64,000 nt of DNA from Clostridia bacterium (GCA_016293975.1 JAEDCW010000001.1:24069-88068), one strand, 5' to 3'. Positions 36,408 to 46,834 are shown, counted from the stretch's first letter. Notes: a model not told the origin generated them from the sequence alone. Numbers and translations: made by a program.

Positions 36408-37256
36408 TTAGACCTCGGAGGAGCATATGTGCACGAAATCATGTCCCTCGAGCATTTTCCCCGCAAGCCTTGAGGCTTCAAAGTCGGCATACAACCCTAT
36501 CATAGCAGAGCCCGACCCCGTCATTACCGCTCCCAATGCACCCGTACTTAAAAGCTCCTCCTTGAGCAGAGCCAATTCGGGTCTCTCGGCAAACGCCGCA
36601 CTCTCGAGCGAATTGTTCATGTGACGGGCAAGCGCTATCATATCGCCGCACTCGTATGCCCTCCTTGCCGCATCCGTATCTACAGGCGCACAAGGCAAAT
36701 TAAGCCTCGAAAACAACCTCGCCGTACTTATACCATATGAATCCTTAACCATGACGAGCGGAAGCGCCTTATGCACAACAGGTGTCATAAGCTCGCCCCT
36801 GCCGCGGCATACGGCAGTCTGCCCATGCAAGCAGAAAGGCACGTCTGCACCCACCTCCAGTGCGATTTGATAAAGCTTCTCCTCGCTCAAGAGGCCGTAC
36901 ATTCTCTGCATTCCCCTAAGTACCGCCGCCGCGTCTGCAGAACCCCCTCCGAGACCTGCCTCTGCCGGTATGCGCTTTAATACCCTTATGTCGGCAGCAT
37001 ACGAGCCGCTCTCTCTCATGTAAGCTTTTGCCGCGCGTGTCACGGTATTCTCACTCGGCATACCCGAAATATCGAAGCCGACACTGAGCGTATCCGCACT
37101 CTCCATGTACACCACGTCGCAGAGGTCGTCGACTGTATGCATAAGCGTACACAGCTCGTGATAGCTGTCTTCTCGCTTTCCCTCTACACTGAGCGCAATA
37201 TTAACTTTTGCGGGGGCAAGAAGCTTCATAACCCGTGCGACCTTTCTTTTTCTCAT
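36408..37256 (-). CDS. ispE: 4-diphosphocytidyl-2-C-methyl-D-erythritol kinase
   Basis: LLAPAKVNIALSV start, and the GHMP kinase motif IPAEAGLGGGSADAAA. An alternative ATG is at 37229. Confidence 0.85.
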   Translation of the reverse strand: MRKRKVARVMKLLAPAKVNIALSVEGKREDSYHELCTLMHTVDDLCDVVYMESADTLSVGFDISGMPSENTVTRAAKAYMRESGSYAADIRVLKRIPAEAGLGGGSADAAAVLRGMQRMYGLLSEEKLYQIALEVGADVPFCLHGQTAVCRGRGELMTPVVHKALPLVMVKDSYGISTARLFSRLNLPCAPVDTDAARRAYECGDMIALARHMNNSLESAAFAERPELALLKEELLSTGALGAVMTGSGSAMIGLYADFEASRLAGKMLEGHDFVHICSSEV

Positions 37257-37294
37257 GTTTAGGAATCGGTTTTTTCAGATTATACCATACATAT

Positions 37295-37322
37295 GTTTAA
37301 AAGCGCGATATATGGCAATAAT
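37295..37322 (+). promoter_or_regulatory. Possible forespore (sigma-F-type) promoter of spoIIR
   Basis: GTTTA-N14-GGCAATAAT resembles the B. subtilis sigma-F pattern (G-ATA-like -35, GGnnAnAnT -10). Pattern match only. Confidence 0.3.
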
Positions 37323-37351
37323 CCGTTTAACACAAACGGAGGACTTATACT

Positions 37352-37909
37352 ATGACAAAAAAGCTTACAGCGCTCGCGCTTATGATCTCATTGATACTCT
37401 CTGTAGGACTCTGTCCCTTCACAACGGCATCACAGTCGCAGGGCAGTGACGGCATACTAAGACTTCACATAATCGCAAACAGCGACAGTCGCGATGATCA
37501 GCAGGTGAAACTCGTCGTTAGAGATGCCATACTCGAATATGCGGCGGATAATTTCACGGCGACCGATGCGGACGAAGCCGTATGTGAGGTCATGGCTTGC
37601 GGCGGAGACATACTCATCACAGTCGAAGAGACGCTAAAATCCGAAGGTTTCGACTACGGAGCTCAGCTCAAGCTCGGACGTTACGACTTCCCCGACAGAT
37701 GGTACGGCGACACACTGTATGAGGCGGATGAATACAAAGCGCTCAGGGTGGTCCTCGGCGACGGCGCAGGAGAAAACTGGTGGTGTGTAATATTCCCGCC
37801 TTTGTGCATAGTTGATGCAGCCGAGGGAAAAACTGAACCGGAGGAAGTACAATTTGAAAGTCTTTTCCTCAAAATACTACGAAGTTTATTCGGAGGTGGA
37901 GACAGGTGA
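37352..37909 (+). CDS. spoIIR: Stage II sporulation protein R
   Basis: Signal peptide, then LRLHIIANSDSRDDQQVKLVVRD and NWWCVIFPPLC. Confidence 0.85.
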   Translation: MTKKLTALALMISLILSVGLCPFTTASQSQGSDGILRLHIIANSDSRDDQQVKLVVRDAILEYAADNFTATDADEAVCEVMACGGDILITVEETLKSEGFDYGAQLKLGRYDFPDRWYGDTLYEADEYKALRVVLGDGAGENWWCVIFPPLCIVDAAEGKTEPEEVQFESLFLKILRSLFGGGDR

Positions 37910-38589
37910 GAAAGCGAGTAATCGCGATCATAGTTATTGCCGCGACGGTACTTTTGCTGGCATCAAGTGCGTTCGGCGCAACCCTCAGATACGGGTCAAG
38001 GGGGAAAGACGTGACGACACTCCAGACCAAGTTGAAGCGTTGGGGCTACTACAGCGGAAATGTTGATGGGATATTCGGGCCCCAGACGCAATCCGCTGTT
38101 AAAAGCTTTCAGAAGAAAAACGGCCTCGCTGTGGACGGCATGGTCGGTCCTGCGACCGCAAAGGCACTCGGAATGACATTGAGCGGATCGTCCTCAGGAA
38201 GCTCTTCCGGGTCTTCGGGGTCTTCCGGCTCTGTTAACTCAAGCGATTTGAATCTTTTGGCAAGGCTTGTATACGGCGAGGCGCGCGGAGAACCATATAA
38301 GGGTCAGGTGGCAGTTGCGGCAGTCGTGCTCAACAGAGTCAAGAGCGCATCTTTTCCCAACTCGATAGCCGGGGTTATCTATCAGAGCGGCGCATTCTCC
38401 GTTGTTGCAGACGGACAGATCAATCTTACCCCGAACGAAAACGCATACAATGCCGCACGCGACGCACTCAACGGATGGGACCCGACAAACGGATGTCTCT
38501 ACTACTATAACCCTGACAAGACGTCAAACAAGTGGATGCTTTCAAAACCCATAGCCCTTAGAATAGGCAAGCACGCTTTCTGCAGGTAG
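37906..38589 (+). CDS. sleB: Spore cortex-lytic enzyme SleB (PG_binding_1 plus Hydrolase_2)
   Basis: KRWGYYSGNVDGIFGPQT, a Ser/Gly linker, and LLARLVYGEARGEPYKGQVAVAAVVLNR. The GTG start overlaps the spoIIR stop (GTGA). Confidence 0.85.
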   Translation: MRKRVIAIIVIAATVLLLASSAFGATLRYGSRGKDVTTLQTKLKRWGYYSGNVDGIFGPQTQSAVKSFQKKNGLAVDGMVGPATAKALGMTLSGSSSGSSSGSSGSSGSVNSSDLNLLARLVYGEARGEPYKGQVAVAAVVLNRVKSASFPNSIAGVIYQSGAFSVVADGQINLTPNENAYNAARDALNGWDPTNGCLYYYNPDKTSNKWMLSKPIALRIGKHAFCR

Positions 38590-39924
38590 GTGAGAGTTAT
38601 GAATGCAAAGAAAACAACAGCTATAGTTGTACCCCTGCTCCTGGGCATTGCGCTCATAGGCACAGTGATTTGGGGCGCACGAGCCGAACAGATGGCAGAG
38701 ACCTACAAGACAAATGCAGAGGCCATGTACTCACGCGCCTACTATGAGCTCGCAGATGACCTTGCATCGCTTGAGCTCTCGTTGTCAAAGCTCGTGGCGA
38801 CCAATTCCCACAGCAGGACTATACTGCTCCTCGACGACGTTTGGCGTTACAGCGGATCCTGCACGAGCCTTCTCTCGCAGATACCCGCTTCACATACCGA
38901 CACGGCTGACCTCAACAGCTTCATGATAAGAGTTGGCGATTACTGCCGCTCGTTAACTAAAAAGGTCTTGAGCGGAAAGCCTTTTTCAGAGGAGGATGTC
39001 TCACAGCTTAACTCCATGTATAAAGAGTGCGTTGCTCTCAGCAAAACCGTCAGCGACCGCATAGCAAACGGCGATATGCCGGTTGAAGCCATAGTGTCCG
39101 ATAAGTACTATGAAAGCTCCGACCATGCATTCAAGGGCTCGGACGAGGAGCAAAAATTTCCAACGCTGATGTATGACGGGCCCTTCTCCGAAGGCACTCA
39201 GAAAGCGCAACCCAAGGGGCTTACGGGAAACGATGTCACCGAGGACGAGGCGAAGCAGATAGCAAATGAATTCCTGGGGCTGACAGGCTTTACACTTTCG
39301 AGTGAGTCGGAAGGTACTATACCCTCATACGACTTTGTCTGTACGCTCAGCGACGGACGCACCGTCGACCTCTCCGTATCCAAAAAGGGCGGTCATGTAG
39401 TGTGGTTGCGCACTCAAGCACTAAGCAGCGTTTCGGGCATACCCGACGAGGAGGGTCAAGAACACTTTGAGGAAGCGGGCAAGGCATTTCTCGAAAGCCG
39501 TGGCTATAAAGATATGAAAGCCTCCTACAGTCAGTACATCGGCGGCTATGCGCTCATCAACTACTGTTGGACTATAGACGACGCAATAGTCTACAACGAC
39601 CTCGTAAAGGTCTGGATAGACAGGGAGTCAAACACGGTGATAGGCTTTGACGCGAGGAATTATCTTTTCTCGCACGAGAAGCGCACATTGGACGAAATCG
39701 CAGTAAGTGAGGAGGAAGCGCGGTCACAGCTGTCTAGCGACCTTTCTGTGCAGTCTCACAGGATGGCGATAATACCCATTACGCCGCAGACAGAGAGCTA
39801 CTGTCACGAATTTACCTGTAAGCGCGGAGACACCGACTATGTCGTCTATATATGCGCAAAAACGGGCGACGAGCTCGAAATATTTAAGATAATCCATACT
39901 CCGGAAGGCACTCTCGCGGAGTAA
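38590..39924 (+). CDS. ypeB: Germination protein YpeB
   Basis: It lies immediately after sleB. N-terminal TM, about 440 aa, with C-terminal PepSY-like repeats. An alternative ATG is at 38599. Confidence 0.75.
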   Translation: MRVMNAKKTTAIVVPLLLGIALIGTVIWGARAEQMAETYKTNAEAMYSRAYYELADDLASLELSLSKLVATNSHSRTILLLDDVWRYSGSCTSLLSQIPASHTDTADLNSFMIRVGDYCRSLTKKVLSGKPFSEEDVSQLNSMYKECVALSKTVSDRIANGDMPVEAIVSDKYYESSDHAFKGSDEEQKFPTLMYDGPFSEGTQKAQPKGLTGNDVTEDEAKQIANEFLGLTGFTLSSESEGTIPSYDFVCTLSDGRTVDLSVSKKGGHVVWLRTQALSSVSGIPDEEGQEHFEEAGKAFLESRGYKDMKASYSQYIGGYALINYCWTIDDAIVYNDLVKVWIDRESNTVIGFDARNYLFSHEKRTLDEIAVSEEEARSQLSSDLSVQSHRMAIIPITPQTESYCHEFTCKRGDTDYVVYICAKTGDELEIFKIIHTPEGTLAE

Positions 39925-39946
39925 TCCGCCCAATCCGTACTTTTTC

Positions 39947-39978
39947 GGGACATGCTCAATGTGGTATGTCTCTTTTTT
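39947..39978 (+). terminator. Intrinsic terminator after ypeB
   Basis: GGGACAT-N12-ATGTCTC (one G-U pair), then T6. Confidence 0.65.
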
Positions 39979-40012
39979 GCGCTCTCACAAGGCCGTCGTT
40001 TGTCGCTTTTTC

Positions 40013-40041
40013 TTGCCATGTTACGCTTGTGACTGTATAAT
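40013..40041 (+). promoter_or_regulatory. Candidate sigma-A promoter of pepF
   Basis: TTGCCA-N17-TATAAT with an upstream TG. Confidence 0.6.
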
Positions 40042-40073
40042 AATTCCACAATATCAATCAGGAGGATTACAAT

Positions 40074-41777
40074 ATGAAATTCAGTGAAATGCCATACACA
40101 CGTCCTGACATCGATACGATCGAACAGCGTTCCATGGACTGTCTCGAACGCTTCAAGGCCGCAAAGACTGCGGACGAGGCACTTGCGGCGTTTACGGAGT
40201 TTGCACAGATAACCTCGGATGTTGATACCGTTTTCTCAATCGCATATGTCAGAAACACGATAGACACGCGTGACGAGTTCTACGATGGCGAAATCAACTA
40301 TCTCGATGAGGTCAGCCCCAAATTTGAGGAGATATCGCAGAAGTTCAACGAAGCAATGCTCGAGTCCCCCTTCAGACCACAGCTTGAGGAAAAGCTCGGC
40401 AAGCTTATGTTTATAAACGGCGAAATAAGAAAGAAGACATTCAGCCCCGAGCTCATCGAGGATATGCAGGCGGAAAACAAGCTTTGCACCGAATACGGCA
40501 AACTGCTCGCCTCCGCGCAGATTCCGTTTGAGGGCGAAAACCGCACTCTCAGCCAGATGAGTCCCTTCAAGCAGGTTCCCGATGACGAAGAGCGTCTTGC
40601 GGCATGGAAGGCTGAGGCCTCGTTCTATGTGGAAAACGGCCAGCGTCTCGATGAAATTTACCACGAGCTGGTTCAATTGAGGGACAAGATGGCAAAGAAG
40701 CTCGGTTATGAGAACTACATCACGTTGGGCTACTACAGGATGATGAGAAATAGCTATGACGCAAACGACGTAGACCGTTTCCGTAAGGCCGTGATTAAAT
40801 ACCTCGTTCCCGTGGCGACAAGGCTCTATAAAGAGCAGGCTGAGCGCATCGGCGCAAGCTTCCCGCTCAACTTCTCTGACATGGCTCTCTCGTTCAGAAG
40901 CGGCAACCCCAGGCCCAAGGGCACCCCCGACGACATTCTTGCCCACGGTAAGCAGTTCTATCACGAGCTTTCACCCGAAACAAAGGAGTTCATCGACTTT
41001 ATGTTCGAGAATGAGCTGTTCGACGTGTTGAGCAGACCGGGCAAGTCCGGCGGCGGTTACTGCACGAGCTTCCCCGAGTACAAGTCCCCGTTCATATTCG
41101 CAAACTTCAACGGCACACAGCATGACGTAGAGGTAATGACCCACGAAGCAGGTCACGCATTTGCTGCATATCAGGCGCGTGACATATTCCCCTTGGAGCT
41201 TCAGAGTCCATCGCTCGAGAGCTGTGAGGTTCACTCGATGTCCATGGAATTCTTCGCATGGCCGTGGCAGGAGGGCTGGTTCGGTGACCAGACCGAGAAG
41301 TTCTACTACAGCCATCTGGCAGGCGCGCTCGAATTCATACCATACGGCACTATGGTCGACCACTTCCAGCACATAGTCTACGAGAAGCCGCAGATGACTC
41401 CCGCAGAGAGACACGACACATGGCGTGAGCTGCTCGGCATCTATATGCCTTGGGTTGCGCTGGGCGACGAAATTCCCTTCTACGGCGAAGGCAAGGGCTG
41501 GCAAAGGCAGTCTCACATATATGAGAGACCCTTCTACTACATCGACTACTGCCTCGCACAGACGGTAGCACTCCAGTTCTGGGCAGCTATGCAGAGGGAC
41601 CGCAAGGACGCTTGGGAGAGATACATGAAGTTTGTATCGCTCGCAGGTACGCGCACATTCACAGAACTCGTTGCGGCGGCAGGACTCGACTCCCCTTTCG
41701 GAGACGACGCACTCCATACAGTCGCAAACACAGCAGTAGAGTGGCTCAATAATGTCGACATGACAAATATTAAGTAA
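40074..41777 (+). CDS. pepF: M3B oligoendopeptidase F
   Basis: 567 aa with the HEAGHAF zinc motif. Confidence 0.85.
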   Translation: MKFSEMPYTRPDIDTIEQRSMDCLERFKAAKTADEALAAFTEFAQITSDVDTVFSIAYVRNTIDTRDEFYDGEINYLDEVSPKFEEISQKFNEAMLESPFRPQLEEKLGKLMFINGEIRKKTFSPELIEDMQAENKLCTEYGKLLASAQIPFEGENRTLSQMSPFKQVPDDEERLAAWKAEASFYVENGQRLDEIYHELVQLRDKMAKKLGYENYITLGYYRMMRNSYDANDVDRFRKAVIKYLVPVATRLYKEQAERIGASFPLNFSDMALSFRSGNPRPKGTPDDILAHGKQFYHELSPETKEFIDFMFENELFDVLSRPGKSGGGYCTSFPEYKSPFIFANFNGTQHDVEVMTHEAGHAFAAYQARDIFPLELQSPSLESCEVHSMSMEFFAWPWQEGWFGDQTEKFYYSHLAGALEFIPYGTMVDHFQHIVYEKPQMTPAERHDTWRELLGIYMPWVALGDEIPFYGEGKGWQRQSHIYERPFYYIDYCLAQTVALQFWAAMQRDRKDAWERYMKFVSLAGTRTFTELVAAAGLDSPFGDDALHTVANTAVEWLNNVDMTNIK

Positions 41778-41792
41778 ACCTTGTTTTATCAC

Positions 41793-41825
41793 GAACACCG
41801 CCCAATCGGACGGTGTTCTTTATCT
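41793..41825 (+). terminator. Intrinsic terminator after pepF
   Basis: GAACACCG-N10-CGGTGTTC, then TTTATCT. Confidence 0.7.
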
Positions 41826-41940
41826 ATTCGGTCCATAAATGCCGAAGCCATTTGTGACATTTTTGTAGTAAATTGCCATAAAGCGGAAATAACTCTATTT
41901 TGTGATATAATTCTATAGATAAATTTAAAGGGAGCGTACT

Positions 41941-43206
41941 ATGCCTTCAATAGACAAGCGACAAAGTCGTTACACTCTGATTGTACTGGTAGTTATTGTA
42001 CTCTTTGGATATCTCTTGTTGCACGACCTAAGCGGTGGCACACTGCTGCAGCACAATGCATGGGACAGCTATACGCTTCAAGCGCTTTCGTGGCGCGAAG
42101 GGCGACTCGACCTCGGGCAGGATTACTCTTACCTTGAAATAGCCCAATATGAGGGTAAGTATTACTGCTCTTTCCCACCCGTGCCCACGCTCGTAATGTT
42201 GCCGCTGACCTACATATTCGGTGCAAACACGCCCAACAACATTGTAGTCATGCTGTATGCGATTATCGCCGCAGTTCTCATCTATAAGTCTCTCTTGTTG
42301 GCGTTCATGCGGCCGACAAGTGCGGCCCTGCTTGCGGCATTGGCGGTATTCGGTTCAAACGCCATGTGGATGAGCACGATCGGCGGCGTGTGGTTCCAAG
42401 CACAACTGTTAAACCTCGTACTGCTGAGCGGTGCGTTCTATTGTGCTCTCAAAAACAGGCGCTTTGCGGCGTATGTTCTCGTTGCATTTGCCGTCGGGTG
42501 CAGACCGTTCTCGCTTTTGGCTTTCCCTGTGTTGTTCACAGCATTTGCCATGAAGGACTACAATGCGTCCGGCGCAAAAGGAACAAAGCAGTTCCTGTGT
42601 GTCGCAATTACCCAATGGAAATACCTCATAGCTCCGGCGATAATAGGCATAGCCTATATGATGTTTAACTATGCACGATTCGACAATGTGTTTGAGTTCG
42701 GTCACAATTATCTTCCCGAATTCATTGAGGCGGAAAACGGTCAGTTCAGTCTGACATACATCCCCACGAACCTGTACAATATTCTCCTGCGCTTTGTCGG
42801 CTTTAAGGAGAACCTACAGCTCGACTATCCGATATTCGACGGTTTCTGCTTTATTATTGCAAACCCGATATTCGTGTTCTGCATTATAAGGCTCATTACC
42901 GATATAATCAAGAAGCGAATGGAACCTGTGAGAATAGTGACGAATGTGTGCATGCTCATTATGCTTTTGTTCCTGTGTGCGCATAAGACGTTTGGAGGCT
43001 GGCAGTTTGGCGCACGCTATACTGTCGATATGATACCTCTGGGGATATTCTTCCTCGCTTGGGGAGCAAAGGATATGATAGACGATATACCTCGTTCATA
43101 TCAAGGCGAATCATCGTGGATACTGCGCCCCGCAGATCGCGTGGTTTGTATGCTCGGAATAATTTTCAATATTTATGGAACGCTCGCCCTGAACCTGGCT
43201 GGCTGA
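41941..43206 (+). CDS. Polytopic membrane protein, GT-C-like (ArnT/PMT_2-like) glycosyltransferase candidate
   Basis: 421 aa with at least 10 TM helices. The first outside loop has ...NAWDSYTLQALSWREG...YYCSFPPVPTLVMLP, reminiscent of GT-C enzymes. The family assignment is tentative. Confidence 0.4.
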   Translation: MPSIDKRQSRYTLIVLVVIVLFGYLLLHDLSGGTLLQHNAWDSYTLQALSWREGRLDLGQDYSYLEIAQYEGKYYCSFPPVPTLVMLPLTYIFGANTPNNIVVMLYAIIAAVLIYKSLLLAFMRPTSAALLAALAVFGSNAMWMSTIGGVWFQAQLLNLVLLSGAFYCALKNRRFAAYVLVAFAVGCRPFSLLAFPVLFTAFAMKDYNASGAKGTKQFLCVAITQWKYLIAPAIIGIAYMMFNYARFDNVFEFGHNYLPEFIEAENGQFSLTYIPTNLYNILLRFVGFKENLQLDYPIFDGFCFIIANPIFVFCIIRLITDIIKKRMEPVRIVTNVCMLIMLLFLCAHKTFGGWQFGARYTVDMIPLGIFFLAWGAKDMIDDIPRSYQGESSWILRPADRVVCMLGIIFNIYGTLALNLAG

Positions 43207-43219
43207 TTCGGAGGATAAA

Positions 43220-44167
43220 ATGCATAACAGAGAACCTTTGGCGACTGCCGCCGATAAAAGACAAAAGAACGGCCAGACTGCCCTGCTCATAGCGGCGCTT
43301 GGCGGAATTGTCGCAATAGTATCGCTATTCCTTACCAAGCATATAGGCTGGTGGGGTGTACTCGGCGGTTTCGGCATAGTAGTTGTCGCCATAATTCTTG
43401 CCGCAATCATGGTAGACCCATATGAGAAGCGCTTTTATAAGGCCTACTACAATGAGTATCTCTATCCGGAGCTGAGCTCCGTCACAGACGATGCCAAAAT
43501 CGAGCTTCCAAACGGCTTCACCAAAAAAGAGCTCCGAGACATGAAGATAATATCGTCATTGAGAAAGCACGTATCTCGCTGTGAGCTCGTGTGTACCATC
43601 CGCGGCAAGTCTGTGCGCAGCTCCCATCTGCTCTACGAGAAGAGCCGTACCGTAGGCAAAAAGAGCAAGCTTTCCAAGGAAGCCGTGCCCTCCATGCAGG
43701 CCCAGATAATCACACTGACCGATCTCGACGTTACCGCTCCCGATATGATAATCCGTCCGCGCGGTATATATGCGACCGAGGGCGTGAGATTTAAGAACAA
43801 GAGGCCCGAAATGCTCCTCGTCGGCGCAGGTACGGAGGCGCTTGAAGCCCGTTATGAGGTGCTGTCGAAAGAGATAGACGCCACTGCGGATTTCCTCACG
43901 GACGATTTCTGCGACAAGTTGCTTCAGCTTCGCAATATCGTGCGCTTCATGTCACCAAACAGCGGAATATTCATAGATCTGCGCGGCAACACATGCCACA
44001 TTATGATATCCAACTGGGACAACGGCTGTATGCCCACTATGAAATCGACTATGAGCTCAGCTTACTTTGAGAAGTGCGCCGTTTACACGACTGCGCTTTT
44101 GGATTCTTGTGTGAGGCTCTTTGAGCCGGACAAAGAATTTACATTTAAGCCCGAGGTGGAGCTATGA
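43220..44167 (+). CDS. Membrane-anchored hypothetical protein (DUF3137-like)
   Basis: Two N-terminal TM helices, then a soluble domain of about 230 aa. The DUF3137 resemblance is from memory only. Confidence 0.35.
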   Translation: MHNREPLATAADKRQKNGQTALLIAALGGIVAIVSLFLTKHIGWWGVLGGFGIVVVAIILAAIMVDPYEKRFYKAYYNEYLYPELSSVTDDAKIELPNGFTKKELRDMKIISSLRKHVSRCELVCTIRGKSVRSSHLLYEKSRTVGKKSKLSKEAVPSMQAQIITLTDLDVTAPDMIIRPRGIYATEGVRFKNKRPEMLLVGAGTEALEARYEVLSKEIDATADFLTDDFCDKLLQLRNIVRFMSPNSGIFIDLRGNTCHIMISNWDNGCMPTMKSTMSSAYFEKCAVYTTALLDSCVRLFEPDKEFTFKPEVEL

Positions 44168-45132
44168 ACCGCATAATACTCGGCAACTCGCACTCCCCGT
44201 ACTTCAACCTCGCGCTCGAAGAATGTCTTTTTAACGAGCAGGGCGATGACGGCGTGACGTTGTATCTATGGCAGAATGAGCATACGGTCGTTATAGGCAG
44301 AAACCAAAACGCCTATCGCGAATGCAGGACCCGACTGCTCTCGGAGGAGGGCGGAAACCTCGCGAGGCGAACGACCGGCGGCGGCGCTGTCTACCACGAT
44401 TTGGGCAATCTCAACTTCTCGTTTATCGCCTCAAAACAGAATTACAATCTGAAGAGACAGCTCAGCGTCATAATCGACGCGGTGGGTTCACTCGGCATAA
44501 ACGCCTGCTTCACCGGCAGAAACGACATAACGACTGACGACGGTGCAAAATTCTCCGGCAACGCATTCTTGCATAACCGCACCACGAGCCTCCAACACGG
44601 TACGCTCCTGCTCGATGTATGCATGGACAGGCTCGGCCGATATCTCGCCCCGTCAAAGGAAAAGCTCGCCTCAAAGGGCGTGGACAGCGTGCGCTCGCGA
44701 GTGGTAAACCTAAGGGAAAAGAATCCCGATGTAACCGTGGAATCGATGACTGCCGCACTTATAAGCTCGTTTAAGGCGCAATACGGTGAGACAGAGGTTA
44801 TCCGCGAGAGTGACTTGGATTTATCCGCCGTATACGAGATAGAAAAGCGAAACGCATCCGAGGCTTGGTGTTATGGCGGTACGAGACCCTATGACGTAGT
44901 GCTCTCACACCGCTTCTCCTGGGGTGAGGTCGAAATAAAGCTCAGCACTACGGGTGGCTCACCGCGTTGTACGGACATATCGTCCGACTGCATGGATGTG
45001 GAATTCTTTGAGGACGTCAAGGCGGTATTTATGTCGCTTGAAAATACCTGCGATAACTATAAAGCCGAGCTTTTGGCTATAAATGACGATAGAGCAGCAG
45101 AAATTGCCGATTGGTTTGCGACCGTGCTCTAA
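44164..45132 (+). CDS. lplA: Lipoate-protein ligase A
   Basis: RRTTGGGAVYHDLGNLNFSF and KFSGNAF. It overlaps the upstream gene by 4 nt. Confidence 0.85.
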   Translation: MNRIILGNSHSPYFNLALEECLFNEQGDDGVTLYLWQNEHTVVIGRNQNAYRECRTRLLSEEGGNLARRTTGGGAVYHDLGNLNFSFIASKQNYNLKRQLSVIIDAVGSLGINACFTGRNDITTDDGAKFSGNAFLHNRTTSLQHGTLLLDVCMDRLGRYLAPSKEKLASKGVDSVRSRVVNLREKNPDVTVESMTAALISSFKAQYGETEVIRESDLDLSAVYEIEKRNASEAWCYGGTRPYDVVLSHRFSWGEVEIKLSTTGGSPRCTDISSDCMDVEFFEDVKAVFMSLENTCDNYKAELLAINDDRAAEIADWFATVL

Positions 45133-45175
45133 CTGTGATAGAATATATCGCACGATCCAAATTCGGAGGATAGTA

Positions 45176-46045
45176 ATGATAACGCCTCTTTTGACTGACA
45201 TAATGACAACATTAGTGCCGGATATATCAAAAGTACTTCCTGCATGGCTGATAGCGTTGGTAGATGCCGTTATAGTAGTGCTTCTCGCTTATGTTACGAT
45301 GAGCTTTGTAAAGCTCGCACTGAAAATTGCGTCAGACGTGGTGTCCAAAACAAAGGGCGATGTCGAGGGCAAGCGTCTAAAGACGGCAAGCAGCATAATA
45401 ATAAGCCTCGCAAGGTATATCATATGGTTTGTTGCAATAACCGCGATTATAGGCGAATTGGGCTTAGAGTCGGCAATGACGTCTATACTCGCCGCCGCCG
45501 GAATAGGAGGTCTGTTGCTCAGCGTGGGCGCTCAAAGCCTCGTCAAGGACGTAGTGACAGGCGTTTTCATGCTTTTTGAAAACCAGATAGCAGTCGGTGA
45601 TTTCGTCGAGATAAACTCCGTCAAGGGCACAGTCACCGAGATTACATTAAGAACCACGGTTGTGCGCGGCGTCAAAGGCGAGCTAAACACTATACCCAAC
45701 GGCACAATAACCGTACTCACCAACTATTCGCGCGAGAACTATACGGCGATAATCAACATTGGCATAGCATACGAGGCGGACATAGACCGTGCGCTCGCCA
45801 TAATGCTCGAAGAGGGCAACAAATACGCAGCGGAATCCGACGGAGACGCTTTCGACGCAGAAATAGCAGGCGTGACAGAGCTCGGACAGTCGGCCGTCAA
45901 TCTCCGCATGACACTGGGAGTAAAGCCCCTCTGCCAGTTTGCTGCACAGAACGAACTCATTAAGCGCATCAAAGAGCGCTTTGACCGCGAGGGAATAGAG
46001 ATACCCTACAACCGCATCGTAGTGATAAACAGCGAGGAAAAGTAA
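45176..46045 (+). CDS. Mechanosensitive channel, MscS family
   Basis: Three TM helices, then IAVGDFVEINSVKGTVTEITLRTT. The ATG at 45176 follows GGAGGATAGTA. Confidence 0.85.
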   Translation: MITPLLTDIMTTLVPDISKVLPAWLIALVDAVIVVLLAYVTMSFVKLALKIASDVVSKTKGDVEGKRLKTASSIIISLARYIIWFVAITAIIGELGLESAMTSILAAAGIGGLLLSVGAQSLVKDVVTGVFMLFENQIAVGDFVEINSVKGTVTEITLRTTVVRGVKGELNTIPNGTITVLTNYSRENYTAIINIGIAYEADIDRALAIMLEEGNKYAAESDGDAFDAEIAGVTELGQSAVNLRMTLGVKPLCQFAAQNELIKRIKERFDREGIEIPYNRIVVINSEEK

Positions 46046-46257
46046 TGCTGAACGAATTTGATATCCACGATATCGTAGTAATGCGAAAGCCCCATGCCTG
46101 CGGCACAAACGCATGGGAGATAACTCGCACCGGTGCTGACATTAAGATCAGATGCATACACTGCGGCAGGATAGTCATGCTGGACAGGCTGGACTTCATA
46201 CGAGCCGCAAAAAAAGTAATAGGTAAGGTCGAGACAGATGATCGGCAAAGCAGTTGA
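46045..46257 (+). CDS. DUF951 (YyzM-like) protein
   Basis: DIVVMRKPHACGTNAWEITRTGADIKIRCIHCGRIVM matches the DUF951 pattern. The start shares TAATG with the mscS stop. Confidence 0.8.
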   Translation: MLNEFDIHDIVVMRKPHACGTNAWEITRTGADIKIRCIHCGRIVMLDRLDFIRAAKKVIGKVETDDRQSS

Positions 46258-46831
46258 CAACAAAAGCCTCTGCGAGATGAGGCATTCTGCGGCGAAGAGC
46301 CACGAGAAAGACAGCAACTACAAGAACGCCACTTCGGGCAGTTTCTTTACTGTTATGCTGTTGATAATCTCTCTTGCACTTGCCGTGAGGCTCTTTTTCC
46401 TTGAGCCTACAAGGGTAGACGGCGAATCCATGTTCCCCACCCTCTACAACAACGAAAGGGTTTTGGTCGATAAGACCGCCTATTGGTTTGATACGCCAGA
46501 TCGAGGCGATATAGTTATATGCTACTACCCCGGCTACACGGAGACCTGCGTAAAGCGCGTAATAGCAGTCGGCGGAGAGACCGTAGAAGTCAGAAACGGC
46601 AGAGTGCTGATAAATGGTTCGCCATTAGGCGAGCAAGAATACTGGAATGACATTATGGATTCCGATATGCCCGCACAGGTAGTGCCCGAGGGTTGCATAT
46701 TCGTCATGGGGGACAACAGAAATTACAGCAAGGACAGCAGATTCGCGTCCGTAGGGCCCATACCGCTCAACAGAGTAACAGGAAGAGTTCTCGTATCGTT
46801 CTGGCCTTTAAAATACGCAAGGAGCTTCTAA
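46238..46831 (+). CDS. lepB: Signal peptidase I (active)
   Basis: Box B GESMFPTL (Ser), box D VKRVIAVGGE (Lys), box E GDNRNYSKDSR. An alternative ATG is at 46277. Confidence 0.9.
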   Translation: MIGKAVDNKSLCEMRHSAAKSHEKDSNYKNATSGSFFTVMLLIISLALAVRLFFLEPTRVDGESMFPTLYNNERVLVDKTAYWFDTPDRGDIVICYYPGYTETCVKRVIAVGGETVEVRNGRVLINGSPLGEQEYWNDIMDSDMPAQVVPEGCIFVMGDNRNYSKDSRFASVGPIPLNRVTGRVLVSFWPLKYARSF

Positions 46832-46834
46832 ACC

